Counted from the whole stretch's first letter, positions 24,308 to 38,728 are shown. The stretch is 63,352 nucleotides of DNA, filler included, from Reticulomyxa filosa (GCA_000512085.1; 23 parts of 23 records of this genome joined end to end with filler, not necessarily neighbours in it), one strand, 5' to 3'. The notes: generated by a model not told the origin, from the sequence alone. Program-made: numbers and translations.

Positions 24308-26649
24308 GAGTCGTTTCGGCCACGTTCTCCTACATTGTTATTTCATTGACAAACAAGTTTAACATTTTGATTAAAACAAGATTTTTTTTGTTGCTTTTCC
24401 ACTTCCCACGGTTCAATAAATAAATAAAAAAGACCAAGAGGATGAAAAAACAAAAAAATCGCATAAACAATCATCAAGGCTAACCGCAGTAAATTGTTGA
24501 TACGTTTCGTAAGCATTTCTATTTTTTTGTTTTGTGATATTGTGTGTGTTGTCCGAGTGAAGTAGCGTAAAACCATTTTTGAAGAGATTTTTTTTTTTTT
24601 TTTTTAAATTGAACTCGTTGAACTCTTGGCCATAAGTATTTTCTGCGGGGTTATAATCGGTGTGAGAGTACACTTCCTTTTCTTCGTGATCAGTGGCAGA
24701 ATTGAAGCTCTGGTCTGGTGCTTCAATGTTGTCTGTTGTCACGACGTTTGAGTCCACTATTATTCCGTGAGAAGTCTGCTCGGCCTGAGAATCAATTTTT
24801 TCTTGGTTTTTGTTTGTCGGGTCCTCAGACGATGGCGAGGCAACATTCTGTAAACCAAAGCAAACAGCTTAAAACATTGGAACAAATGAAACTGTAAAAA
24901 AAAAAAATAATAACTTGGGTTGGACGTGTTGTCCAGTTCAAAGCGATTTGATTGACAATTTCGCACGTAATATCGCACTCTATTAACAAAAAATACATTG
25001 TTTTTAAGGAGGACAGAAATTTCCTGTTGTTTCGTAAAAAAAAAGGTAAACAAATTAATATTTTGTATTAAAATTGGTTGGTGTCACCATTCTTTTTTTC
25101 CCCCCAAAAAATTATTCATTGAAAACATGCCTGCTCTTGCATTTAAGTTTCGCTTGTTTCTTGGCAAGAGATGCAAATGCTCAGCAGCAGAATACAGAGA
25201 ATTACATGGCTGAGAAAATGCCTCTTCATACATCCGATGACCTTCAAAACACCCTGCTGCCTGTTCCCATCGGATTGCCATTGGAAGCACCCCGCAAAAA
25301 AAAAAGGCACACATCCAAACAAGTTTAATAATAGAACAGGTCGAGAAATAGGCATTAACAAAATAATCATTGAGCGCAATTGCATACAAAAAGACAAAAA
25401 AAAAAAAAAAAATCAATTAACTTGAGGAAATGATTGGCTAATGCTTCCATACAACTCCTGCAAGGTGTTGACAACGCTGTGAACCAAACAAACAAGCAAA
25501 AAAAATAAAAATGGTCGCAGGTCCAATTGAAAACGCTACATACAAAAGCTACGGGCTTTGCTTTTGCTACTTCTTTTTCTCGACAAAAAAAAAGATAAAA
25601 ATAACATACTGTTGAAGGTCAAATCCGAACCAATAGCGTTGATCCAGCAATGGTCGAATTATGTTCAGATCCTATGCGCCATTGAAACAGGGAAGGTAAT
25701 GCAAAGTTACAAAACAAAAAGTATGACGACACCAAACAAATTACAAAATACGTACACGTATTTTATAATCCGTTCATTGTACCCGCAGACAAAACCAAGG
25801 GGAAGAGATGAGTTTTTTTTTTTAAAAAAAAAGGGGGAAAATTGTTGGACATTTTAATTACATACCGTTTCTCGCGAAGCACTGTTTTTGTCTTGTGTCT
25901 GTTTCCAAATTTTTTTATTAAAAAAAAAAAACTCTTATTCATTCTTTTTTTTTCATATCACTTTTTTTTTTCCATTAAAAAATTAAAGAGGACATTTCCG
26001 CATTGACGCACGGAATATTTTTTTCCCCTCCCTTTCGCCCTTTTTCTATTTTGCTTTTATCCTTGCTCTTTTTTTTCATGCCAAATATTTGCTTGGCTTT
26101 GTCTCAGCTTTACATACATCAAAAATGGTAAAAAAAGCGGTCTCTTCTTGCAACGTTTCTTCTGCTAAGGCTACACATGCAAATTCGTGTTTGTGATGAT
26201 CACTTTTTACACGAACCACAACCATAGAAGGAAATGCTGGCATTGTTTGAGCTTTTATATGAAGAAGAGATTGCTTTGCTTTAAATCAAATGGATGGTGG
26301 CGTAAAGTTGCAGATTACACCAAACCAACAAAAAAGTTTTTTCAATTTCCCGGTTTACCAAGGTTTTTTTCCTTCCTTTGACTATTCGCTTAAACATGAA
26401 AATTGTAATACTCTGTTAGTGAAAGAAAAAATAAATTTTACTTTTAACAGAAAGACTACAGATTTGATTTGCTTGGACTCTTTTGTTGTGCATTTGCACT
26501 GCGTACAATACATTTATTCCACAGGTTTTCGTGTAAATAAAAGAAAAATCGTGTTATAATAAAGCTAGCCTTTAAAATTACTTCGTTTAAGATCAGAATC
26601 GGCGAAGGATAAATTTTTTCATTTTTAAAAAAACAGGGCATCGGCCATA

Positions 26650-27330
26650 ATGTCACGGGGCCTTGCTCGTTGTGGAATAGCGTTTGATATTGACGGCGTG
26701 TTTTGGCGCTCTCCCAAAGTGTTTCCATTTACAAAATCGGTGATAGAGAGTGTCCAGGCTAAAAAAATTCCGTTTATTTTGTTGACGAACGGAGGCGGAA
26801 CAACAGAAGCAGAAAAAGTGAAAAAATTCAATTCCCTCTTTGACGTTCAGGTTGTTACCTTCGAAGGCGAGACATATCAAAAAAAAAAAAAAAAAATGAG
26901 TAGTGAATGGCAATAACCTAAAATAAAATGAAAATAGTTGAAAGAGAGTCAATTAATACTGTCTCATACCCCACTGAAAGATCATATCAAGGATTTGAAA
27001 GACCGACTTGTGTTAGTGGCCGGCCATAAACACGTTCATAAAGTCGCCCTTCAGTTTTGTTTTGTATTCAAATAAACAAAGCAACAAACCAAAGACAAGC
27101 ATGGATGACATAGTTATGGATTAAAACGAGTGATTAACGCGTCAGAAGTTATCGGAGCTCATCCAAATATATATCCCTACAACAGTCAACACAAAATTAC
27201 GCCAGAGCGTCGTCAGCTGGAAGATATTGACTCTTATCATCCATCTAAAATTGAGGCTATTTGTATACTGAATGATGGCGAGTGTTGGGGGAGTGAAATA
27301 CAACTCATTATTGACAGCTTGTCCGTTTTA
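26650..27330 (+). CDS. HDHD5: HAD-superfamily IIA hydrolase, HDHD5/CECR5-like, 5' part
   Basis: Motif I 'FDIDGV', 'IPFILLTNGGG', 'LILSHTP' and 'IEAICILNDGECWGSEIQLIID'. Confidence 0.85.
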
Positions 27331-27959
27331 TCTCTGTACATATACATTTATCAGTGGGAAAAAAAAAANNNNNNNNNNNNNNNNNNNNNNNNNNNNNNNN
27401 NNNNNNNNNNNNTTAATTAATTAANNNNNNNNNNNNNNNNNNNNNNNNNNNNNNNNNNNNNNNNNNNNACATAATTCTTTGTTGAAGCAAAAGTATTTCT
27501 TGTAAAAAAAAATGTTCGATAACATGAGCGACCAGACTGACAACTTAGCAGAACTTGAGAACAAATCCACAAACAATTAAAAGTGGCAGTAACTGTAATT
27601 GAACTTATCTCTGATATTTTTCAATATGAACCTCTCCTGCGCGTTCTGCATGTTAATCAGCAATGTGCATATCCGGCAAATTCGAAAAATGAATGACCTC
27701 AATTGACTTAAAATGGGCTCCACTTATATTTTTTTCCCTCTTTTTTTTTTGCTCTGGTTTGACAACCAGCATGTATTGGTTGGAAGTCAATGTCTATGTC
27801 ACTGCCTTTATCGGCTCGGAGACTACTGATTATTGCGTTGACTCTGTGACTGGAGCAGCATTTATTGTTTCCTGTGATGCAAAGGCTTATCATTCTTGCT
27901 GTTGGTGTCAATATCTTCGGTGACTGCGGAAGTCGACAGCGCATGAGCACTACCCTCTT

Positions 27960-28330
27960 GACATCCTTCCAGTCTCTAATTGCGCAATGCATCACGGTCA
28001 CTGTATGAATAATGTCGCAATTTGTAATAAGAAGGACAGATTCGTCTTTCGTGATGCAGCGAATGGCAGGTTTGCAATGTTTCCATTCGAACATGCGTTA
28101 ATCCCTCGTCCATTGGGCTCTTTCAAGTGTCTGCCTTTCCATTGGTCGCCAAATGGTGTATAATTCCCTTTTCGCCCATTTCTTTAATGTTGACTTCCGG
28201 ATGGAATATCTTGCGAATGAATGTGCGTTTCCTGGTGACCGGCTTAACTTGTGTTGTCCTTCTTCGGGGGATGTCGTTTCTCGGGATCGTTTGGTTCACT
28301 TGACTCCCTTGTGACATTCGTGTTATCTTT
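27960..28330 (-). pseudogene. Decayed galactose-binding-like domain (HECTD1 / plant BTB-protein type)
   Basis: In one frame: 'GIIHHLATNGKADT*KSP...ICPSYYKLRHYSYSDRDALRN*RLEG'. Both stops fall at positions recalled as conserved Trp. Confidence 0.6.
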
Positions 28331-28779
28331 GCCTCACTTAACACGTCCAAAAACAACGTGTTCGTTTGCTCATGCGATTTTTCTGATAGGCGATAAAGCA
28401 ACAAGTTTTGATTGTTAAATATTACTGTTGGAACCGCAAAGAGGAAATCAAACACAAGTGCATATTTATATATNNNNNNNNNNNNNNNNNNNNNNNNNNN
28501 NNNNNNNNNNNNNNNNNTTAATTAATTAANNNNNNNNNNNNNNNNNNNNNNNNNNNNNNNNNNNNNNNNNNNNAAAGCGTGACAATTTTGTTTTACATAC
28601 CCTTGCAAGATAAAAATTAAACGAAGTTCGTATTATGAAATGAAGCGAGACAGTTTTTATTTTTGATTTACAAGTAAATAAGAAAACTAAGAAACAACTA
28701 ATAAATAAAAGCAAAAAAAAGCTACAACAAACATATTAGATTTTTAGCATTCCAGTTGTATTTTGGAATACCATTTAAC

Positions 28780-30379
28780 AAATTTTAAAACCACTGCCAT
28801 TTGTTTGCACAGTACTTGTGATGCCTTTTGTACTTGTTCAAGTTCAGTTTCTATAGTTACCATATTTTTTTGCAACAAATCGCTGTTATTTCGGCAAAGT
28901 GCCTTTGATTCTTCACACAGTTGTTCTGTAAAGACACGATCAGCCTTTTTCTCTAATTGTGATCTGCTAGGAGTGTCTTGAAGCTATCAAATCAGCACAA
29001 AGCATTTAGTTTGCTTGCAGAATTATAGATAATGACAATAACAACATTATTAGCAAAAAGCGGTAGTATTTTGTAACTTGTTGCAAAATGATGTCCATTT
29101 TATTATGGTGTATAGTGGTATGTTTCTCACACCATTCCACACGTGCAGTTATTCTTTGCAAAGTGTCACAGCATTCAGCCATTGACATTTTCGAGTACTC
29201 TGACATCAGTCCCGACACTTGTTGGGCCAATTCATTAAGTGTTTTGATAACATGTTCGGTTAGAAACTCGTTATCTACTTTGCCAAGCCATTTTCTTTCC
29301 CATTCTGTTGCACTTTTGTTTCGTATACATCATGTTTGGTCCCTTTTTCACCAGTCAAAACTTCAGTATATGTGCTTTTTTTGTAAAAAAGGAGACTTTG
29401 CTTGGTTTTGCATGGCCGTTGGCACTACAGCCAAGTCACAGTGGTATTTTACATCTTGAAACAGAATTGCTGTTTTTAAATAAAACTAACAAATTATGGA
29501 ATTGCTGAGTGGGTAGATAATTGTTGAAGGTATTGACACAAGTCGATAATTGATCCTCTAACTCAGATAAACGTTGCGATATTTGGCCTCGAAATGTTTC
29601 CAATTTCTGTAAAAAAAAAATGAGATAATCCAAAATGCAAGGAGTGTAAGAAGAAAAAGAAGACGTCTGACCATCAATTGTTTGTGACAGCTTTCAATCA
29701 ATGGCACACTGCTTCGATCGACTTTGCACTGAAGAAGGGACTCAACGGAGGATATTTGAACACATACGTTCCTTTGAGACTCCTCCAATTTTTGAATACG
29801 ACTTACATTGCCTTTTTGTTGATTTACAGTTTTCTGCAATGCTTCAAATTTTTGAGCTAGTTCATTCATTTGATGCTCAACAGCAGAGATACTGACCTAT
29901 TCATTTACTCTTTCTTTGCATTTACTATCACTTGTTTCCTGTTTTCCTTTAGTTTAGCTTTTTTTGTCTTAAGTACCAGTGTTTTTTGTTTTTCTTGCAA
30001 TTTATCAATCGATAGCGAGTTTTCATGACAACAGTCAGCAAGTGACTTGAAAGAATTTGTGGCGTGCTCTACCGTTTGAAGACGGTTTTCCAACACATGA
30101 ACGGCGCTCTCATATTCGTGTTGCATGGATAAGTGCTGTCGTCAAACATGTCTTTTTTCCATATTTGACACACAACACAGAAACATTTGACACAACTCTC
30201 GACAGAGACACTTTTTGGGACATGTCCGACTCCATTTTTTCCATTCTTTTTTCTATTAACAAAAGTCTGTCCAACACAGTTGCAAATATCTTCTCCAAAT
30301 TCGAAAAATTCACTAAATTAGAAACTGAAATTGTGTTTCTAAGTGCTGATGGGCTCGGTTCTTGATTTCCCAAAGACAT
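28780..30379 (-). CDS. Coiled-coil hypothetical protein, multi-exon
   Basis: Series of heptad-like minus-strand ORFs (30110, 29905, 29558, 29436, 29006) with 'KVDR/KADR' repeats. Confidence 0.55.
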
Positions 30380-30720
30380 TTAGGTTATGATCCTTGGTTC
30401 AAAAATTCATTTTTTTAAAAAAACTTATTTGAAAGATCTTCACGTCATTTTCAAATCAAAAACTTTTTAACTGCAGAAACAGAAAAAATTGATCGATGAG
30501 TTCATTATTGTGAAATGCTTACAAATAAAAGATGCAGAATTCTTTAAGAAAATGTTTAAAAAAAGACAAATAAAAAAAGACAAATGAATAAAAAATGACA
30601 AATGAATAAAAAAAACAAATGAATAAAAAAAAACAAAAATATATCCACAAAATATGGATTAGCACAACTTCTTGTCACAATACAAATTCGTAATTTGTAC
30701 TTTTTCATTTTTTTTAAAAA

Positions 30721-32220
30721 TTATCCCAACAATTGACGGCTGACCAATTTGGCATATGCGCCACCAGCCTCAATTAAACTTTCATGAGTTCCCTTTTCTA
30801 CAAGTTTGCCTTGATCAATGACTAATACCTGATTTGCTTGCCTTACCGTGGACAAGCGATGTGCAATGACAATGACCGTGCGTCCTACCATGACTCGGTC
30901 CAATGCTTGCTGCACGAGATATTCGGATTCGCTGTCCAAGGCACTCGTTGCTTCATCCAGCAACAAAATTTTGGGGTTCATTAAAATTGCTCGAGCAATT
31001 GCAACTCGCTGTTTTTGACCTCCTGACAGCCTAACACCTCTTTCTCCCTGTTTTTGTTTTTTGTTCATTTTATTGTGTCATTGCATTATGCATTTGTTGC
31101 TTCGTTCTCACAAGGGATTCAATGAGGAAACAAAAAAATGGAATTAATGTAAACATATCATAAATGTCGTGCACACATTATTTGAAAGTGGTGTGAAAGA
31201 CTTGGAAACGTAACTACTAGAGTATCATATCTGTCAGGAAAAGACATGATAAAATCATGTGCATTTGCGGTTTTGGCGGCAGCAATGACCTCTTCCATGG
31301 GCACACTATGTCGCAGCCCATATGTGATATTTTCATAAATAGTGCGGGCAAATAGCACTGGTTCTTGACTCACTGAACCCATTTGAGCGTGTAAAGTTCT
31401 TAGATCATACTCCCGCAAATCTCTTCCGTCAATGCGTACCACTCCTTTTTTTTTTTTTTTTTTGAGTGAAAAAGGAATGAAAGAATGTAGATGCAAATGG
31501 TGGGAAAAAAAAAAAAAAGATATTGTAATTGGGAACATACCACTATCAGGGTCATAAAAGCGCATGCACATATTGACAACAGTGGATTTGCCTCCTCCCG
31601 ACGGACCAACAAGGGCACAGATGGTGCCAGGCTCCACTTTCCACGATAACTGTTCCAACACAGGCCGCTCTGGACGCGAAGGATATCGGAAGCTTACATT
31701 GTCAAAGTCCACATGCCCCTTGATCTCTTCGTCCAATTTCATATCCTTTTCGCAGTTCGTGATGATTTGGTCCATGAACTCGGCTGTGTACATTACACCA
31801 TAGCCCGAGTCTTGAGCGTATTCGTTTTGTTTTTTCAAATGCGACTTTTCTGGTGGAATTGCACTTTGTCGGTCCAACAATTGGAACATTCGCTCGGATG
31901 CGCCCAGCGCCTTTATTTGTTTTGTTTGTGTAAATTTGAAAGGTACCTTTAAAAAAACAAAACAAAAAAAAAAAAAAAAAGAATAGACATTTGTTTATAA
32001 CTCGCATCATGTTAGAGTAAAGATTAAGAAAAACAGCAAAAGAGAAACCAATTTGAATGGTTAATATGATATAAGTAGCTAATGAACCACTGTTCATTTC
32101 CCCGTTGATCACGCGTGTAGCTCCGTACCACAACACCCCACCGATCCCAGCGTTGCTTATTACAACAAAAAAGGCCATAAATCCGCCAGTTGCGAGAGCC
32201 ATTTTGACACCTTGAATCAA
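30721..32220 (-). CDS. ABC transporter subfamily B, C-terminal TMD end plus NBD, partial
   Basis: Walker [11 protein letters not shown]-loop VSQEPVLF, signature [14 protein letters not shown], Walker [12 protein letters not shown] and H-loop IAHRLST. Confidence 0.95.
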
Positions 32221-32716
32221 GACAATTGTGCATACATATCAAATACAACACACACACACACACACACACACATGCTTATNNNNNNNNNNNNNNNNNNNNN
32301 NNNNNNNNNNNNNNNNNNNNNNNTTAATTAATTAANNNNNNNNNNNNNNNNNNNNNNNNNNNNNNNNNNNNNNNNNNNNTTTACAAAATAGGGACCAACA
32401 TGTTAATACCAATTCTAAGTTCTAACAGGGAGAGGGGCCGACACAATATTTTTTTTCATACTACTTGAGTACTCATAAATCCAAACGACTCTTGTATTCT
32501 CTCGTTTGCAAAGTTATAAACTTTACGTAACACCGAGCTCTAGGTCAAAAATATTGAATTGTTCAATATGTTTGAGTTGCACGTACACTCCAAAAAAGAA
32601 TGCACAAATCTCATATTGTCTTTGGTCATGTACCTCTAATTTATGTCAAGAATCCGTAAAAAAAAAAGTGCGACCAACTTCCTAAAAATTATACTAAAAA
32701 AAAAAAAGAGGGAAAA

Positions 32717-33282
32717 ATGTCAGTCGCTTTCAGCATAGAGTACTTTTATATTAGTCTGATAGTATATCTCTTGGGTTCAGTTATTTTGGCAGTCTTATTT
32801 GTGATATCGTTATTTTTTTTGGTTCAAAAATGGAGCAATGAAGAGCCATGGACAACAAAGTTGATGTGGATACTGGAGCCATTGAGTATTGGAGCATTTA
32901 TGGTGACAGCCATCTTCAGTACATTTACTCGATGGCATCCGACAGTGTCTCACATGTGTTTAGAAACAGCACAAGTGCTCGGTTCAAGTTACGGCTTTGC
33001 AAAGGCGTTTATGTATGCGGTGATGATACTACGTTTGCAAGTGGCATATGGGAAGTCGAAAGAGTACAGCTATCCAGTGTTTCTGTTATTTGGCTTTTTA
33101 ATATACACGTTGGTGGTGAGTACAGGGACATTATTTTTTTCCATCTTCTCAACAAAAGCAGAGGCGTTGCACAGAGTGGGGCAGTGGTGGTGTCGAAGCG
33201 AATTTCCAACGTCCGCACTGGTATGGATCGCAGTCAATGACGTCATTTTGTGTTTCGCTATGTTGTATTTATTCGTCAGCAG
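32717..33282 (+). CDS. Multi-pass membrane protein, GPCR-like topology, 5' part
   Basis: About five hydrophobic helices, with Cys before TM3 and in loop 'WWCRSEFP'. Confidence 0.55.
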
Positions 33283-33385
33283 GTACATACTTTGGCCCCC
33301 ATGTACGTCCACACACCATTGAAATATTTGCGCACATATATAAAAGGGGGTGGGAGGGGGGCATAGTTTTTTTTGTTTTTTTTTA

Positions 33386-33419
<34 letters not shown>

Positions 33420-34847
33420 NNNNNNNNNNNNNNNNNNNNNNNNNNNNNNNNNNNNNNNNNNNNTTAATTAATTAANNNNNNNNNNNNNNNNNNNNNNNNN
33501 NNNNNNNNNNNNNNNNNNNGGTCCTCCCCCCCTTCCCAATTTTTCTCCTACCAATTGCACTTTTGGCTTATGACTAAACTAAATTGTTTCTTCACACTTT
33601 CCATCTTTTTTTTAATTTCGGTTTTTTGGTTTCTTATTTTCCCCATACTCACTCAATTATTGGTTTCAAGCATTTTTAACATGCGTTAATGTTGTCTCCT
33701 ATCAACTGTGCGAATGTGCGTGTTGTGTTGTTGCATGTATGTGATCACCATTGTTGTATTTCCCCTTCAAGATTCACATGACGAAAAGGATGATAAGACC
33801 TAAGTAAGAAAGGGGGTGTTATTTTTTGTTTTTTTTTAATTCAGCTTTATTTCTTCATTTAGTGGAGAAAAATCTTTTCTTGTTTTTTTCTTTTTCTTAT
33901 TTAAGTGGGTTGGGTGGGAGTCATTATTAATTTTTCCAATCCCTCTTTGAGTCTCTTGTGTGATGCACGCATATCACACACGCACACAAAAGCAGATTCT
34001 TTTATTTGCTTGGTTTGATGATTTTTGTTTGTCTTCTTGTATTGTAATTTTGTAACGTTGTGTTATTTTGGCGGTCGTTCGAGGGGGTCTTTATTTTTTT
34101 ATTTTCTTCAAATTGCCTTTTCCTCTGATTTCTGGAAAGGGAGGAAAATAGATATTGACACTTTACCATTGTCAAAAAAAAAAGTGGTGTTTGGGGACGT
34201 TGAGTGACAACAATAAAAAGAAATTATCATTGGAATATTTTTGAATTTACGTTTTTGATATGTTCTTTCGTTGAGTATTTTGTTTTTTTCCCTTTTTGAG
34301 CATTTTTTTTAATGATGTTTTGCACGCCAAATTACAAACAAGTGCCTTGACAATATCAGTGAACTGCCTCCTTTCTTTGGAAAGCTTGGTCAAAACAAAA
34401 ACATTTGACTTTGGCTTGGCAAAAAGAAAAAGCATTGATAATTTGCATTCTATTGTTTGCAGCCGCCTTTGCGTAGAGGATTAAAATGGTGCGTCCGTGT
34501 CAAAGCCCTTAAAATCGCAATTAAAAGAGTTGAAGTTCTTCTTGATAAATTTGAATAGTTATGTTAAAATACAATGCTAATATGCACATTTTGGAAAAAA
34601 CACCAAACAAGGAAGAAGTTGCTTGTTTGTGCTACAAATATGCACAAGCAACACATCATGTCAAAATTTACTGTACAGTTTTTTAAATTTCACTTGATTT
34701 GTGACAAGTAAAAAGAAGAGGGCACGTTCACTTCGTTGGTAAAAAAAACCCTACAAAAGCATTCTGTTATTTTAAGCTCCGAACTTTTTTTTGGCTTTTT
34801 TTTTCCTTCTTGTTGAGGAAAAAAAGAATAAGACTTGGGACAAAATG

Positions 34848-35500
34848 CATGATCACACGAATCACAGTCCCTATTATTCAATTCCGTTGAGTTACATGCT
34901 ATCAGAATGGTTAAATGCAAGCGCTCCTCAGCGGAACATGTGTATATCGAATGTATTGGTAACAGCAATGGACACATTGACAGTGCTAATAACGGTGCTA
35001 TCATTGCCAACATTTTTGTATCAAATGGTATGGGGGATACTGTTGAAGGAGGAGATAGGAAGGGCATTGAATAACGAGCGAGCACGACTGTATTTTCTAT
35101 TGTTGACAGTAACATCGTATTGCCTATGTTTGGCCATGGTATTCAAGTACTATTTTATCCAAAAGAAAAAAGTAGCAATGTCAGTGATACTACTTATCTC
35201 CTTCCCAGTTCATTGTTACTTTCCATTTACATATTGGTTCACATTTGTTTGGGTGAGCATTTTTATGAAGTTCGACGACAACATGCAGCACTATAAAAAC
35301 TATTACGACCCCAGCCTTTATAACGCCCCGTTCACTTCCTTTTGCGGCGGTATATCTTCTCTGCCCACTGTCCGACTCAATCCTTATCTGTCCTCGCATC
35401 GGCCGCATTCCTCTTCTTCTGTGGCCATCGGTCGAACTGGCCACGCCAATAACAACAACAAAGTCCAGAACGTCAGCTCTGTGACCACTTCGCAATCTGG
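34848..35500 (+). CDS. Hypothetical membrane protein, partial
   Basis: ORF 34791-35564 has 3-4 hydrophobic segments and a Ser/Asn-rich tail. Confidence 0.45.
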
Positions 35501-35728
35501 TCTTGCATATACACATATATTTATACATATACAAATACATATACATGTGATGGTATACACATGAAAAAAAAAAAAAAAACGAGAGCAGGCGGTAACCAAA
35601 AAAAAAAAAANNNNNNNNNNNNNNNNNNNNNNNNNNNNNNNNNNNNNNNNNNNNTTAATTAATTAANNNNNNNNNNNNNNNNNNNNNNNNNNNNNNNNNN
35701 NNNNNNNNNNAAAAAAAAAAAAAAAAAG

Positions 35729-36920
35729 TTGAGAGATTCAATGAAAGGGGTTGGATACAAAGCGGACATGTTGACACGCGTATTGGTGCTGCGAAGCGAA
35801 ATGGACATGGGCGAGATCCAGCAGGAGTTTGACAAGAGCCCGCAACACACGAACAACAAGACGTTGTTGCAATGGTTGACAGACGACTTGACTGGCAGCT
35901 TTTTGTCCGCTTGTTTGCGCTTGGCTGGTCTTTACGCAGCCAAAGACAATGGCAACGACAGCGACACCGAGTACTCGGCCATACGACGACAAACCACAGT
36001 CGACCCACACGCCATCAGTGCTGCCAATGCCTCGCAGGCGTCGCTTTTGGACAGCGTTGCCGAAAATGAGCATGAACAAGACGATGATAATAATGAAGAT
36101 ACGCAAACCAATGGAAGCGAAACGGAGACTGAGACGGATGAGATGGAGGTTAGAATAAGTGCCGAAACGGATAATGAAGTCGAGACTCCGACGACGACGA
36201 CGACGACGACGACTCCAATCGCTAGTGTTACCTTTGCCACGTCAAAGACAACGGGACAACACGATCTGTCTTCAAATGCCAGTGAAAACTTGAGCATTGG
36301 CTCCGACATCGATTACGAACTCTCAGGCAAAAAGTCTCCGACGATCACCACTCTTGCCGCTGCCTCCTCCTCTGCTTCCGCTCTCATTGTCTCACCAACT
36401 GCCTCCATCAATACCACTACTAGCTTAAGGGGTGTCGCTCATTCGTCCTTTGATCCCAATGCACTCGCCGCCTTTGTAAAACAAAAACTTTCTCCTGGCG
36501 CTATTGACAAAATGTGGTCGCGCATGGACCCCAGACAAACTGGCGAAATCAATAAAGACGATCTCTTGGTTTCCTTGATTGTCACTTGCTCGCTTTTTCA
36601 TGCCTTCGTTGCTAAAGTTATATCTAGTTTTTTTATATACATATATTTATGCATATACATATATATGTACATATATATATGTATATATGTAAATATGAAT
36701 ATATGTACATATAAATATGTACTCTTAACAAATACAGAACCAACCCAACTCTCCGAAAGTCAGTACGCAAATCCTAAAGGAAGAGTTAAAGCCAATGCGA
36801 AACTGGATTGTCGAAACAAAAATGATCAGCAAAATTGCAGTCAAAAAACACGAGTATTCCTCCGTGTTAGGGGATTGGATTGAAGACTATGCCAAAGAAT
36901 GGGATCGGCAAAATGCTTAA
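35729..36920 (+). CDS. Annexin (last repeat) with a long C-terminal extension containing an EF-hand-like loop; 5' partial
   Basis: 'LRDSMKGVGYKADMLTRVLVLRSEMDMGEIQQEF...TLLQWLTDDLTGSFLSACLRLAG' matches the annexin repeat; 'MWSRMDPRQTGEINKDDL' is EF-hand-like; intron 36617-36737; stop 36918-36920. Confidence 0.75.
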
Positions 36921-38005
36921 AGAGCGACCAAAACCAATCCAAAATTTAAACATCGAGATTGTTTATCGTCTTTTTTTTTTTTTTTTGTATGTGTTTATTT
37001 TGTTTGCTTTTTTTTTTTTTATATCAGTCTACTACGTATTGAGGAACTAGCAGAAAATAAGAATCTCAAGAAATAAAATATTTTCTTTCTTTCTTTGTTG
37101 TATCTGTGTCTATGTTTGTGTTCTACTTTATTTGTTTGTTTTGCTTTTTGTAATTATTATACCTAAAAAGTGGAAGTTATTTTGTTGTAGAGCTTTCATT
37201 TGACAAATGCACTATTTGCAATATAACTTTTGTATACACTTGCTTCATCTGTTAAACTTGTTTTTGAAATTCAAAAAAATTACAAAATAAGTACATTGAG
37301 TTTCCGTTGACAATCTAAACTCTGCTCTTTTTTCCTACCCAAAACGAGCAAATCAAGTTTGTTTTTTTATTCATGGTCATGTTTTAAAACTTTCCACGAA
37401 CCAGAATGAGTCGTTCTTTGAAATTACAAGATGTCAGAAAAATGTGTTTATAGAAAAAAATTGCAAACTTTGTAAGTACTTTTTGCACGATATTGACGTG
37501 CATTCTTTGTTTCACCGCGGTAATCTCCACTAGCAATTGTCAAAATGGAAGAACAGCAAAAAACTAGTAGTCGTGAAAGAATAACCAAGCGATATTTTTT
37601 ACAAGAGCTGTATAATTCTTTATGATGTCAAAACAAATGCCGTGGAATAAGCATATGTTCCAAATGAAACATTGAGAGTTGCAAATTGAGTAACAAACCA
37701 AATCATTGACTCCAAAGCAAATACAAAAAAAAGGGTCAATTTTTCATTCTTTTTTTTTGTTTTTTATTTATTTATTTATTTATTTTTTTTTGTAACAGTG
37801 GATTTTAACTAAAAGACGAAGAAATAGGCAAAAAAAAAAAAAAGATAATCTACTCACTTATTGTTTCCTGTGCAATAGATACTCAGGGGGGGGGGCAACA
37901 TTGCAGTGAAATGGAATATTACATAATATTTTTGTTAGTGTAACGTTGGAGAGTGAGCAAGAGCGTAACAGAAGAGAGAAGACAAAAAACAAGGTTGGAA
38001 AGCGA

Positions 38006-38338
38006 TTAGATTTTGTCCACCTTAGATGGAGCAACCACAGGATTCATGGCGTCCAGTTTCTTAATTTGAGCTTCTTTGTAGTCAAAGCCACAACTGTGGC
38101 TATCAGGAAAACGATGTGCACTGCAAAATACATATCCTAAAGAGTTCACACATACAAAAAAAAAAAAGTGAAAGGATTGTTGATTTATTATGTTTCCTTT
38201 CGCGAAATAATAATTAAATTGAAAACAACAGCAAAAAGAAAAAGGGTTATTCTTTTTTTTTTTTTTTTTTTTTTGTGAAAAGCCAAGACAAGAAAATTCT
38301 TGAAGGCCAAGAAAGAGAGTTGGAAAGGCGAAGCAATC

Positions 38339-38374
<36 letters not shown>

Positions 38375-38591
38375 GCAAGCAGAGAGTATGGAATATGAAA
38401 AGCGGTCACGTAACCACATTTGCAACCAAATCTTCCTGCTAATGGTATTTTTTTTTGACATTGCCAACACCGATTCTTTTTTTTTTGTTCTTTTTTTGCA
38501 TCGTTTTCTTCTTCTTTATCCTCATTCGAGTCAACTTTTTGTATTTCGGTCGACTTTTGTTCTAATTTTTTTTTTTTTTTGTTGGTTGTCT
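38006..38591 (-). CDS. AN1-type zinc finger protein (A20/AN1 SAP-like), 3' part
   Basis: 'NRCWQCQKKIPLAGRFGCKC|GYVFCSAHRFPDSHSCGFDYK...NPVVAPSKVDKI' across one intron. Confidence 0.9.
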
Positions 38592-38691
38592 NNNNNNNNN
38601 NNNNNNNNNNNNNNNNNNNNNNNNNNNNNNNNNNNTTAATTAATTAANNNNNNNNNNNNNNNNNNNNNNNNNNNNNNNNNNNNNNNNNNNN

Positions 38692-38692
38692 A

Positions 38693-38728
<36 letters not shown>

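Noticed and set aside
27976-28125. Alternative genetic code (TGA/TAG read as Trp)
   Set aside because: Intact genes in the window use TGG for Trp and end in standard stop codons; the locus also appears internally deleted.
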